Below, one piece after another: positions 21,134-31,912 of a stretch of 64,000 bases of DNA. Where the stretch lies: NCBI GenBank assembly GCA_051599415.1, contig AP039710.1, positions 124,001 to 188,000 on the forward strand. Reading direction: 5' to 3'. The DNA comes from Savitreella phatthalungensis. Lineage: Eukaryota. Under the pieces are notes generated by a model. The model saw nothing but the letters and a program-made list of their open reading frames with translations. It was not told the origin of the DNA and ran no database searches. Every line of letters starts with the position of its first letter. The stretch's first letter is position 1. Both the position numbers and the translations under genes were made by a program.

Positions 21134-22591
21134 ATGCTCTTTCACGCCGTACTCCTACTGGGCCTTGCCCTGGAGCATGTGTCCGCTACCCCGGCGGATG
21201 ATATTGTGGCGGCCGGACGGGACTGCCGACGAGTGGGCAGCATTGTCAGCAGCCTCGGGACGGCGTCCGTGTCGTCTGCGAGGGCTTTCTGCAACAACTA
21301 TGTAGGTGCAAAATCGATAGCGAGCTCGATGGTGACTGCGTCGGCGGTCACGTCGACAGTGACGCAAGCGTGTGGCGCCTCGCCGTCAAGAGCGCTGGTC
21401 AAGCGGGCGACCTCCGGCAGTGGGTTTGTCCGACAGCCCGCGGCGTTGTGTCCGCAATTCATGACTGCAATTGGGACTGCAGGTCTGTCGACGGCATGCA
21501 GCTGTCTCACTGGGTCTGCGACGACGACAACAACATCCGTCGCCACCTTCACGCCGACCTCTACCGTCACAAAGTACATCCAGGGCACGAGTACTGTCAC
21601 ATCCACATCCACGGTCACAGCACCTGTCAGGATCGTCAACAGCACGATCGACGTCGTCTCCACCAGGACCACCACCATTATCGACAGCACCACGATCGTC
21701 TCCACCAGCTTCACCCAGGGAACCGACGTGACGACCACTGTCACCATCACCCCATCCCACACGCTGACCATTCTTGATATGTCACATGCAGTGACTGTCT
21801 ACTCATCCGTCACCGTAACAGGTGCAAATGCAGGGGCAGGTGCAGGTACAAGCGTAGCTACAGGAAGCAAGCTCGCTAAACGTGCAGCCTCTACGAATGC
21901 AGTCGCCACTGCCGCAAGCGGCTCGGACGCCTGCAAGCCTGTATTGTCTACGACTGTTGTCGTCGTCACAGTCTCTCCTGTCTCGACAGCGACGATTTAC
22001 AGAAGCTCGGTCGCGGTCAAGTCAACGAACTCGATCGCGATGGGATCCGCTTCGATCACACAGCTAACACGGTATCCCACATTAACGAGCACCGTCACTG
22101 ACTCTGCTCGTATCAAGACGGTCAAAGTCACGCCCACGATGACTGCCTACAATTACCTCCTCAACGGCAAGTTGGATGGTACTCCAGGAGAGGTTCCAGA
22201 CGACTGGGATTGGGAGAACAGGGCCGACACCTTTGTCTCTCCTCAACCGGTCATCAGCCCCGGCCGCGGTGTCGATGGCTCGAACGCTGTTCTGTTAACA
22301 TATAGAACTGATATCTATCAAACGCTGCACGACTTGCCGCCTCGTATGAAAATCTCGGGCTATCATTCAGGCTTCGGCGCGCAATGTCCCGTCGAAATAG
22401 CGGCATACAACGGGCCGTCTTTTTACTGGTACGCTAGTACCGGGTACGTCAATACGCCGACACCTGCTGGCAAATTTGGACCCTTCGAAATCGACAATGT
22501 AACCTCGACCACAACTTTTTACTTTTCTAACGCTTGCGGAACAGCGGCTAATCCAGTATATCTCAGCCAGCTTTTCGTCGGTCAAATGTGA
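21134..22591 (+). CDS. Secreted Ser/Thr-rich protein with Cys motifs and a C-terminal globular (CBM-like) domain
   Basis: Signal peptide MLFHAVLLLGLALEHVSA, KR dibasic sites (LVKR, LAKR), STACSCL motif, Thr/Val-rich stalk and an aromatic-rich C-terminal domain starting YNYLLNGKLD. Confidence 0.75.
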   Translation: MLFHAVLLLGLALEHVSATPADDIVAAGRDCRRVGSIVSSLGTASVSSARAFCNNYVGAKSIASSMVTASAVTSTVTQACGASPSRALVKRATSGSGFVRQPAALCPQFMTAIGTAGLSTACSCLTGSATTTTTSVATFTPTSTVTKYIQGTSTVTSTSTVTAPVRIVNSTIDVVSTRTTTIIDSTTIVSTSFTQGTDVTTTVTITPSHTLTILDMSHAVTVYSSVTVTGANAGAGAGTSVATGSKLAKRAASTNAVATAASGSDACKPVLSTTVVVVTVSPVSTATIYRSSVAVKSTNSIAMGSASITQLTRYPTLTSTVTDSARIKTVKVTPTMTAYNYLLNGKLDGTPGEVPDDWDWENRADTFVSPQPVISPGRGVDGSNAVLLTYRTDIYQTLHDLPPRMKISGYHSGFGAQCPVEIAAYNGPSFYWYASTGYVNTPTPAGKFGPFEIDNVTSTTTFYFSNACGTAANPVYLSQLFVGQM

Positions 22592-22708
22592 GGCGTAAGA
22601 TAAGACGCAGGATCGTCCGAGTCGTAGCGCCTCGTAGCCAATGTACAGTAGATCCATTGCCTCCGTGTGACGATTGACGATATTCGATATTCACCCGAAC
22701 GCCTGACA

Positions 22709-24715
22709 CTATGACGACGGCGACGACTGCTTGTGATCGGTCGTGCCGTCTGGTGCATCTGGCGCATACTTCGCGGTCAGATAGTCTCCTGCTGAGCTTG
22801 ACTTCTCCAGATGCTCGTCTGCTGGCTCTTGATCGAGGTGGTCGTCCTGGTCGTCGTGTAGGTGGTCGGGGTCTGTCGGCTGGTGTGGACTGAGTGAGTC
22901 GTCAGAGAGGATGCTCTCGACGTCGTCTGCGTCTGCGTGTGCGGGCGCGAGGTCGGCCGTGTTGAGCTGCGGGGTGAGCGGGCGACGGGTGTCGTGGACT
23001 TCGTCGGAGAAGATGACAGAAGACTGGCGGGAGGCGGTGGTGCGCTGGGAGGCGCCGGAATGCGCTCGGGAGCGGTACCCGCGACGGCCTGCGAGCGACG
23101 CAGACGAGGACGCGAACGTCGTGTGCGAAGAGGACGTGATGGCGCCGTTGTTGTTCATGTACGGCGATCTGCCGGAAGGGAGGTCCTGCACCGATGCGGA
23201 CGCCAAAGTTTTCAAGGGAGACGCTGGCTCGAGCAGCTCTGAAGGCAGCGGCACGCCTGGAGATTTGGTCTGCAGGTGTCTGCGGGCGTGAAGCTCTCTG
23301 GCCGCTCTGACTTCATCCGAAAACTCTCGGAGTGATTGGAGCTCCCACCAGCCAAAGAAGCTTCCAAGCATACCGTCTGCGAGGCCCGTGATGAGGTTGA
23401 CGGCATTTGCTAGATGTAGCCAGAAGCTTGGCCATCCGCGCCGCACGTAGAACGACCCGCACTGCGCTCCTGCCCAGCAGGCGATCGAGCACCAGAAATG
23501 GAGCATCCGCAACTTGGAGTGACGGCGCTCACGACGGACGTACCATGAAATATGCTGCTCCATCTCTTCGAAATCGCGCTCGTCCGTTGGCCGGTAGCGG
23601 TAGACTGATCGCATTGTGCCACGCCGCGTCGATAGACCGGGCCGAGGTGTCTTCTCTGGCGTGGCAGAGGATGGCACGGCCGCTGATGCGTTTGGAAACA
23701 GACTAGATGCTGGTACTTGCAACGTACTTGAAGACGAGATATCGGAAGCATGCTCGAGACGAGCTGCGGATCCAAGGGCGCCGCCGAACATCGGATTGAT
23801 GCGGTATCGGCAGAACAGGCCAAAGTGGTCGCTGGCAGAGCAGCCTACGCCCGGGATCGGATCCGTGAGAATGACTTCGCATGTGAGTGGGAGTACCTGG
23901 TTGTCGTGAAAGATATAGTCGAGACGCTTTGCACGCATGTGTGGTGCCTGGAGCCGCCGCCAGGTGTTGAGCGGCGACACGTCACACGTGCAGCCATAGA
24001 TATCGACGAGTTCGCGAGCGGTCGGAGCTTTTATACCGGCTTGCGGATTTGCTTCCGGCGGGAAAAGCGGAAGCTCAGGGTTGAGCGTAAGAAATGTGTC
24101 GGACAAATCCGTGGTGAGGAAGCGATGTACGAGACTGCCAGGGACAGAATTGAAGTCGCCAGTAACAAAGGTGATGTATCCAGCCATCACAGAAGCTCTA
24201 AGTATCTTGCGCAATTCCCAGCCCTGTGAGATCCGATGACACAGGTACGTGTCTACTTTCTCGTTGTAGGGAGCGTGCATGTGTGTATTGAAAAGCTGCA
24301 TTTGGCGACCATCTGGAAGATCGACGACTGCGGAAGCGACGCCCTTGCCAACGTACCAGTCTCCTCTCCAGAAAGCCTGAGGCCGACCGTTGAGCGTGTA
24401 AGGCCGCATCTGTGTCTGAGTGATGGGATACTTCGATAGGATGGCGAGGCCTGAACCCATGATGCCGCTGTAGAAGTACTTGGCATAAGGATGTGTCTCT
24501 CGAAGCTTGCCAGCCACAAGTCGCCAGTGACGCTGCTGCCAGATCTCCTGTAGGCACACAATGTCGGGCTCGCGAGAGCGCAGGTAGTCAGCAATGTAGC
24601 TCATCCGCTCGTCCGTGCTCTGAGCCACATACTTCAGGCCCCAGCAGTTGAGCGAGACGATCGTGACGTCCTTCCCATCCATGCCCAGGCCGGTACCACC
24701 TCCTAACCGGTCCAT
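22709..24715 (-). CDS. ISC1: Inositol phosphosphingolipid phospholipase C / neutral sphingomyelinase (ISC1/Css1)
   Basis: First ATG 24715. EEP-fold motifs SLNCWGLKY, DIVCLQEIW, GRPQAFWRGDWYVGKGV, NTHMHAPY, GDFN, RLDYIF and SDHFG, plus two C-terminal TM segments. Confidence 0.92.
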   Translation of the reverse strand: MDRLGGGTGLGMDGKDVTIVSLNCWGLKYVAQSTDERMSYIADYLRSREPDIVCLQEIWQQRHWRLVAGKLRETHPYAKYFYSGIMGSGLAILSKYPITQTQMRPYTLNGRPQAFWRGDWYVGKGVASAVVDLPDGRQMQLFNTHMHAPYNEKVDTYLCHRISQGWELRKILRASVMAGYITFVTGDFNSVPGSLVHRFLTTDLSDTFLTLNPELPLFPPEANPQAGIKAPTARELVDIYGCTCDVSPLNTWRRLQAPHMRAKRLDYIFHDNQVLPLTCEVILTDPIPGVGCSASDHFGLFCRYRINPMFGGALGSAARLEHASDISSSSTLQVPASSLFPNASAAVPSSATPEKTPRPGLSTRRGTMRSVYRYRPTDERDFEEMEQHISWYVRRERRHSKLRMLHFWCSIACWAGAQCGSFYVRRGWPSFWLHLANAVNLITGLADGMLGSFFGWWELQSLREFSDEVRAARELHARRHLQTKSPGVPLPSELLEPASPLKTLASASVQDLPSGRSPYMNNNGAITSSSHTTFASSSASLAGRRGYRSRAHSGASQRTTASRQSSVIFSDEVHDTRRPLTPQLNTADLAPAHADADDVESILSDDSLSPHQPTDPDHLHDDQDDHLDQEPADEHLEKSSSAGDYLTAKYAPDAPDGTTDHKQSSPSS

Positions 24716-24929
24716 CTCTCTCTGGTGATGCCTCAAAGAATCCAATGACCTATATCAGGTTCCTGGTGTAGATCGAGTTGCATATGTTTACAATTTCTGG
24801 GGATTGAGTGGTCGTGCATCCACCTATGTAGCCAATCCAATGCACGTAATGCCATTTGCACGACGACATGCACATCTCTGGAAGAAGGGTTGTCTAATAG
24901 ACAGAAAGCGGTGTTTTGACGGTCGTTCG

Positions 24930-26258
24930 ATGGATCGATCGCCGAAGCGGCTGCGTCTAGATGATGACGTCCGATCGAGTCCTTCGAATACTGGTCAGTC
25001 GACGCCGTTGACGCGTCATGGTGCAGCCACGGGAACGCCAGGAGATCGTGATTTGGGTTTTCGCCCGTACAAGCTCGTCCGTACAACAAAGCTGCATGTG
25101 AAGGCCGCGACGAGGGTCCGATTCTCGCGTGACGGAAGCCTACTGGCGACGTGCTCGGCAGATGCTACGATCAAATTGATAGATTATCGGACCGGAACGG
25201 TAGCGAAGACGTTGACTGGTCATACGAAGGGGATCAGCGATGTGTGCTGGTCCTCCGACGGGAAGCTGCTGGCGAGTGCTTCTGACGACTGCAGCGTACG
25301 TGTTTGGGAAGCCTCTTCCGGGAAGACGCTGAGAGTGCTGCGCGGGCATACGAGCTTGGCGACCTGCTGTGCCTTCAACAGAGCAGGGACGATACTCGCT
25401 TCCGGCAGCTACGACGAGACTGTGCGCCTGTGGGACGTGAGGTCCGGCACACTGGTGAGAACGCTGCCTGCGCATAGTGATCCTGTCACAAGTGTGGATT
25501 TCTGCATCGATGGGACCATGCTCCTCTCCAGCTCATCAGATGGGCTCATCCGGATCTGGGATATCGCCGCCGGTGGACAGTGCCTGAAGACGCTAACAGA
25601 CAAGGATTCGCCAGCGATCGGATTTGCTGCGTTCGCACCCAACGGAAGATACCTGATGAGCTGTACGCTGGACGGGACGATCCGTGTGTGGGACTACGTG
25701 ACAGCGCTGCCGAGGAAGACGTTCACAGGGCATAGGAATGGCAAGTATGCGATCTCTGCCGTGATGAGCAACGATGAGATTGTCGCTGGCGGAGAGGATG
25801 GAGCTGTAAGTGTCTGGCACACCCAAGCGAAAGAACTCGTCCAGAGGATTGTTCTTGAAAAGCAGGACACGAAGGAAGTGGAGGATATGAAGACAGGGAT
25901 CGTTGCGCAAGCATCTGATGTGTCCACAACATCGACGCAGACGCAGACACAGACCCAACCACCGACAGCAGCACCTCCAATGCCGTCGGAGGAATTAACG
26001 ACAACACAGGGAGCCCTCGCTCGCAGTGCTGATACTAATGGCAATAGGGATGGTGATACGGACGGTGTTGCGGATGGCGATGCCGACGGTGATGCTGACG
26101 GTGATGCTGCTGCTGCTGCTGCTGCTGCAGTGGCTGTCGCTGTGGACAGGTTTGTGGATGGCGAGGGAACTCGGTGGCTGTCTGTGGCCTACCTGGACGG
26201 CCGTATCGCCATCTTCCAGGGTGACAGGCATCTGCCAGACGACGCTGAAGCACATTGA
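24930..26258 (+). CDS. SWD3: WD40 protein WDR5/Swd3 (COMPASS subunit)
   Basis: Probable ATG 24930 (an in-frame ATG also exists ~90 nt upstream). WD repeats GHTKGISDVCWS, ASGSYDETVRLWD, TLPAHSDPVTSVDF, DGLIRIWD...GQCLKTL and GHRNGKYAI match WDR5. Confidence 0.88.
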   Translation: MDRSPKRLRLDDDVRSSPSNTGQSTPLTRHGAATGTPGDRDLGFRPYKLVRTTKLHVKAATRVRFSRDGSLLATCSADATIKLIDYRTGTVAKTLTGHTKGISDVCWSSDGKLLASASDDCSVRVWEASSGKTLRVLRGHTSLATCCAFNRAGTILASGSYDETVRLWDVRSGTLVRTLPAHSDPVTSVDFCIDGTMLLSSSSDGLIRIWDIAAGGQCLKTLTDKDSPAIGFAAFAPNGRYLMSCTLDGTIRVWDYVTALPRKTFTGHRNGKYAISAVMSNDEIVAGGEDGAVSVWHTQAKELVQRIVLEKQDTKEVEDMKTGIVAQASDVSTTSTQTQTQTQPPTAAPPMPSEELTTTQGALARSADTNGNRDGDTDGVADGDADGDADGDAAAAAAAAVAVAVDRFVDGEGTRWLSVAYLDGRIAIFQGDRHLPDDAEAH

Positions 26259-28416
26259 GGCTGTGGCAAATCCCGTACAAGAAGACCCGTGACCCACATC
26301 TCAAAGAGTCAGAAACGATCAGCCTCGAAATTGACCCTCTATTTCTACCTGAAACATCGTCTCCGATATCTCAGCTGGGTATCTGTATATCGATTTTGCA
26401 AATGACTGTTCACATGGCAACTCTTGACGTAACGTCATCCTTGCAGGTTAGTCTAGACGCAACGGCTGAATGAGCGCATGGCAATCGTGCATGCGTGAAT
26501 AGATTGATGAGGGATGGATGGATGGAGAAGTCAATGACAATCTTGCTAACGAGCAACGGCCAAACCCAATGTACCACAGTCTAGCCGTGCTGGAGTACTC
26601 GATTTGGATACGGTGAGTTGAAACAGCTCGTGGAAGTCGTGGGTCAACATGCAATCTACTTGAAACGCAGCCTCTTGCTTCTATTCCTGTAATCAGGCTA
26701 CAGCAGGTGTAAGAAGCTCATCACATATCTGTCTCCCTCTCTTCTCAAGTGACGAGTGACGAAATACACTTCTGCAGCACCAGCAGCACGCTGCTTGATC
26801 AAGACCAGATGCATAGACGACGTGCATGACAGGGGTCTCCCATGCGCCCGTCTAGAATCACGACACCTAGTGAGGAATCCATGGCGCTGAATTTTTATAG
26901 CACAAGAAACGACCCAGTATCTGACTGTGATGAGCTACGATGCGTGTTGCTCATCCCATTCCGGTCTTGTACATCAAAGAGCGGCTGCTACCCGTTGGAT
27001 GCCGTTGCCAAGCGTACAATCTTGACCTTGGCTAGAACGGTCAATGATCGTGTTGGCATTGGATAGATTAATGGACTGCTATAAATAGAGGCGTCCTCTG
27101 AACTTCACTAGGAACAGAGGAAGGAGATGTTTTCGAGGGTGGTCAGATTCAGTAATCAAATGGAAACGGCCATGGAAGCCACCTGGCAAGGCTGAAACAG
27201 GGGAGATTGAAGAACGAGCGAATGACTAGATTGAGCCTGAATCCGAGTTGTGAATCTGGACGTAGTCGGAACGATTGAATGGATCTACTTCATCCAAAGC
27301 AAGGTGTATCAGGTAAAGAATTTGTATCTGACACAGGTTGGATCATTCTTACAGGATACTCAGAGATCAAAGCGGCGTCATGCATGGCGTCAAGGATACA
27401 TAACGACAGGAATGTTCTCTTTATAGCATGGAGCCAGAAGGCACTGTACCTTTGAGGCATCCGGAGACTCACAGGTCAGCTCAGCCCAGCTCAGGTCAGG
27501 CAACTTCAGGTCAGGTCAGGTCAAATGATTCGACCACAAGCAAATGTCGCTCCAACGGCCAGGATGAATATGTATATGATCATTCCTTCAAGCAGACGCA
27601 TCATAAGCTATCCGATTGCCAAGCAGTCAGGCTATCAGACCAACAGAGACAGAGCGTCAGAGTGTCAGACGCCAGGTTAGACGCTCGAGCCAAGACTCCG
27701 GGGGTCTTTCAGAAGCTGTTCATGCATTGTCAGAGATCATCTACCTTTAGACTGCTCAGTGCACGGTCAGCTTTCCTTTGACGTCTCCTTGTCCTGGCAC
27801 TTTCGATCCGACAAGAGCTGATTGACTGAAGGGAAATTTCTCTGGGTCAGCTTTGTCCAAGCAAGCGTTGTATAGCAGCTCGTAGGACGCTCTTTGAAGA
27901 AGGGAGACGACAATTGATCTCCACACCATCGACAGCTCGGCAAGATCTATTTTCAGACCTGGTAGAACCCTTCCCAGGTCACTGCTATCAAGACACGACA
28001 AGTGCTGCGCTTCACGTTTCAAAACATTCTCGCGAATCGTCCTAGATCGACAGAAACATCGGCAGCGTTCTCGTATCGACGACTCTCTAGGTCTTATAAC
28101 TGAACGTCAGTCCTCTGCCGGTGTAGTCACAGTCGCCAGAGATACGCTCATTTCCGCTTCTGCCAAGATCGCTATCAGTCGCTCAACTGTCACGCGAGCT
28201 CGGGTCTATATCACGCGCACACGCGCTCACGTGAGGTTCCAAAAGCCGAAGGGACGACCGTCACCTTTGTCAAGATTATCACCGACGACTTTCATCGCAG
28301 ACAGCATTGAAGAAGGAACTTCGTAACGTCGATCAAGTACCCGGGCACTACACGTCGCTTTCTCCTGTGTTCGTTTTCCTCATCATTCACTTCCTCCCTT
28401 TGGATACACCGCCAGG

Positions 28417-30795
28417 ATGCTCGCATGGATGTGGCCCATCTTGGCAATGTCGCCCATGGCTGTCCTCGCAAGCGACATTATCTCCGCAGACTCCTTCACC
28501 CCGTGTGCCAACGCCTCAGCTGCAAATACGCCAATGACCGTCAAGGCGTTCAGCTTCCGGTTCAATAGGGACAATTCCTCGATCAGCTTCAGTGTCACTG
28601 GGTACTCCAACGTCACTGCAAATGTCACAGCAGTCATCAAGGTTTCCGCGTATGGCATCTCTGCGCTCGAAAAGACCTTGAATCCGTGTGACTACGATAT
28701 TCCAAAGCTGTGCCCCGTAAGCCAGGGAGACTTCTATGCCAGCGGTCTCGTCACCCTTGGTGCCGACATCATCAAACAGATCCCAGCCGCAGCCTTCCAA
28801 GTGCCTGATCTCGACGGCCAAGTTACCCTGAATCTGTTATCTGCAGATACTGGCGAGCAGGAGCTGTGTCTCAGCGCTCCGATCGGCAACGGCGAGAGCG
28901 CTGCCACGGCAGCAGCTAGTTACTCGACTGCTGGTATTGCAGCCGGAGCGGTGGCCGTCTCCATCGGAGCTTCGATTGCAGCATCGATGGGTGCCGCTGC
29001 AGCCGGTGGCGGCGCAGCAGGTGTCTCAGGCGCTGGCACAAGCGTCATTTCCACGTCTCCGAACGCTGGAGACGTCCTGATGTATTTCCAAGCTGTCGCC
29101 ACAAACGGCATGCTCTCCGTCGCCTATCCGGCCATCGTTCGGTCGTACTACCAGAATTTTGCCTGGGCCACAGGCCTGATCCCGCTTGAGCGAGTCCAGG
29201 ACGCCATCGACGACTTTCGCAAGAAAACTGGCGGTAACCTCGAGCGCAGCTCATACCAGGGACTGAAAAACACCACGCTCGTCTTCACCAAGACCTCGAG
29301 TGAATCAGCTGAAACGACTCAGAGCTCATCCAGCACTTTCACTCGGCGTGCCGTCGACTACACGGATACTAGCAACACCACGGTCTCGGCGGACACCTCC
29401 AAGGTATCCAAGTACGTCCAGGGCATCACTGCTTTCAGCGAACAGGTACGAATCCCTTCAGAAAACACCTTCATGACACTTTTTATCGTCTTCCTGGGCG
29501 TCATCGGCGGTATCATCGCACTTTGCATCCTTTTCAGACTCCTGCTCGAGGCATGGTACCGCCTCGGAAAATTCCCGAAGAAGCTCTCAAACTTGAGAGC
29601 GCACTACTGGACCAACGTTCAAGGACTCGTCGTACGCACGATTCTCATTGTTTACGGCACCTGGGCTCTATTCTGTTTCTACCAGTTCCGCAATGGCGAC
29701 TCATGGGCGGCTGCACTCGTTGCTGGCGGTTCCCTTGCGGTGTTCTCCCTGATTCTTCTCTTCTTCACCGTCAAAATCACGTTGATTGCCTGGAAGCGTT
29801 CCCGCGACGAGGAAGGCGGCGTCTCAAAGAGCGGCATCGATAAACTCTATGCAAATGACTCAACACGGAGACGGTACGGTATTTTCTACGATCAATTCAA
29901 GGCCAAATTCTGGTGGTGGTTCATCCCATGTATCGTCTACACCGTCATTAAAGCCGGCTTCATTGTATGGGGCGAAGGTCACGGACTCGTCCAGGTCATC
30001 GGCTGTCTCGCCCTCGAGACCGTCTTCCTCCTGTTCTTCTTCTTCACAAGAGCATACGACGGTCGACAGGCGAACGTGGTCAACTCGATGATCGGTATCG
30101 TCCGGATCGTCTCACTCGTCGGTACCCTCGTCTTTGTCGATATCCTCGCGTTCGCGGAAACGACCAAGACGGTGAGTGGGATCGTGATCGTCGTCCTCCA
30201 GTCCCTCCTTACCGTCATTCTGGCCATTCTCATCATCCTGAATGCTGTACTGCCCTTGTTCAAGAAGAAGCAGCCTGAGAAGAAGGCGGAAGACGAAGAG
30301 AAGGATACTGGAGACGATGCAGACGAGCTAACACCGCTTGGTCCGTGCCCCAAGCACACCAGCGGTGTGACTTCGAAATCTCTTGGTGATCGAAGCTCGT
30401 TTGACTCCGACTGGACTCTGTCTGACAGCGACGCACACAAGCTCGGTCTCATCTCCAAAACAGACCCGAAAGGCTTCCGTCGGAGCCCGCTCGGTGGTAC
30501 CACAGGTGCACCAAACTCCTCCGACTCACCGCGCGCAGCCTTACTCGAGCGCACATCCTCACAGGGTTCCTCCAGCGACAGCGACGGCATTGACCCAACT
30601 CGTCCTCACTCAACACCTATCGACCTCGAGCGTCCTAAACCAACCCTACCGAGCTACGACTCGGCTCAGCGCCTAGCCTCTGTAGACACGGCATACCACG
30701 GCAACCGAGCAAGCAGAGTCTCATCTAGAGCCGATATCGATCGAGATCGCCACGAGATTGCTCACGACATTTTCGGTTCTCGACCGAGATCATAA
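28417..30795 (+). CDS. Fungal TRP-like / flavin carrier protein (FLC/Pkd2 family)
   Basis: Signal peptide, ML-like N-terminal domain (LNPCDYDIPKLCPV, IPAAAFQVPDLDG), YFQAVATNGMLSVAYP...YQNFAW, multiple TMs and YGIFYDQFKAKFWWW. Confidence 0.88.
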   Translation: MLAWMWPILAMSPMAVLASDIISADSFTPCANASAANTPMTVKAFSFRFNRDNSSISFSVTGYSNVTANVTAVIKVSAYGISALEKTLNPCDYDIPKLCPVSQGDFYASGLVTLGADIIKQIPAAAFQVPDLDGQVTLNLLSADTGEQELCLSAPIGNGESAATAAASYSTAGIAAGAVAVSIGASIAASMGAAAAGGGAAGVSGAGTSVISTSPNAGDVLMYFQAVATNGMLSVAYPAIVRSYYQNFAWATGLIPLERVQDAIDDFRKKTGGNLERSSYQGLKNTTLVFTKTSSESAETTQSSSSTFTRRAVDYTDTSNTTVSADTSKVSKYVQGITAFSEQVRIPSENTFMTLFIVFLGVIGGIIALCILFRLLLEAWYRLGKFPKKLSNLRAHYWTNVQGLVVRTILIVYGTWALFCFYQFRNGDSWAAALVAGGSLAVFSLILLFFTVKITLIAWKRSRDEEGGVSKSGIDKLYANDSTRRRYGIFYDQFKAKFWWWFIPCIVYTVIKAGFIVWGEGHGLVQVIGCLALETVFLLFFFFTRAYDGRQANVVNSMIGIVRIVSLVGTLVFVDILAFAETTKTVSGIVIVVLQSLLTVILAILIILNAVLPLFKKKQPEKKAEDEEKDTGDDADELTPLGPCPKHTSGVTSKSLGDRSSFDSDWTLSDSDAHKLGLISKTDPKGFRRSPLGGTTGAPNSSDSPRAALLERTSSQGSSSDSDGIDPTRPHSTPIDLERPKPTLPSYDSAQRLASVDTAYHGNRASRVSSRADIDRDRHEIAHDIFGSRPRS

Positions 30796-31028
30796 TTTCC
30801 CCCCCACTATGATTAGTCTGCATGAAGCGTATCAAAATGCTATTGATGACCTGACTACGCTGTACGTTGACGTTTGATCTTGGTCCACCGTAGAGTGTAA
30901 ATCACCAATCCTCCATGATGCAATTAGGCGTTAGCGATGTGACGTCGAGAGCCGGAGATGTAGTAGCAAGTCTGCTGCGGCTCTAGAGGTTACAGGGGTA
31001 AACAAAAGGTGAGAACGACATGGATTTG

Positions 31029-31541
31029 CTACAAGGGGGACGGGAGAGAGGATGGTGGATCGGGATGTCGTTCTTGGCCATTGCATGGTTTCCAGTATGC
31101 GTACCTGATCTCTTCTTCGAAGAACTTGGCTCCGTGCCAGCGGAAGTGGATTTGCCGGTGGTGGCGATCGACGTCATAGGGGAGGACGATAGTGAATTTG
31201 CCGAATCGAGGACTGTCGATGCGGCGGACAAAGACCTGAGAGGTAGAGGTCTCAAAGGGGAATAGCTCTGATCGAGCAGATCGCCAGGACTCGCCGTCAG
31301 AGATGATCTGCTCACCAGGGTAGAAGACGTAGAACTGAGGGCGGAGGTGACAGTGGATCCAGCCGTCGTTGTAGTACATCGATGCCGACGCGCTGTAGGC
31401 CGCAAAGGCACCAGGCCACAGGTGCAGGCGTGAAAATAAGAATGCGGATGGTGCAAGACGAGGAGCATCGCGAACGCGACAGCTCAATATGATGATGCAT
31501 AAAATTGGTAGGAATATGTGGGACACCGGTACTGCGTCCAT
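31029..31541 (-). CDS. Hypothetical small protein (possibly secreted)
   Basis: 170 aa ATG ORF with a hydrophobic N-terminal stretch and an aromatic-rich, non-repetitive C-terminal half; no family recognised. Confidence 0.3.
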   Translation of the reverse strand: MDAVPVSHIFLPILCIIILSCRVRDAPRLAPSAFLFSRLHLWPGAFAAYSASASMYYNDGWIHCHLRPQFYVFYPGEQIISDGESWRSARSELFPFETSTSQVFVRRIDSPRFGKFTIVLPYDVDRHHRQIHFRWHGAKFFEEEIRYAYWKPCNGQERHPDPPSSLPSPL

Positions 31542-31912
31542 CTCCAGTCCGTGATACGGGATTATGTGCGCGTGATTGTTCAGTCGACCAGTGTACCGCG
31601 TCGAGGAACTGGATGACTGACCTCAATGTTGCCGATGCCGGTACTGTCGTGATACTGGCCGAGATTGAGGCCGACGGCGAGATCGAGACTAAGCTCGAGA
31701 ATGATGCAGTGTCGCGTCTGTAGTTCGCGACCAAGCTTTCATCACAGTGACAGCTCACCCGACTTTTGTACGGCCGGAGTCGGGTGGAGGATTCCGAACG
31801 TTGTTGGTCATGTCCGCGTGGGGGCTGATGATTGTCTCGGAAGAGAGCATTTTCTGTGGGAGGAGATAAGGATCTGATCATGCATCCGAAGTTCGGATGA
31901 GAATGTTCTTCA

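Noticed and set aside
27470..27525. TCAGG pentamer cluster (and AGTCA cluster at ~11380-11436) as telomere-like or regulatory arrays
   Set aside because: Short, degenerate simple repeats like many others in this genome's spacers; no further support.
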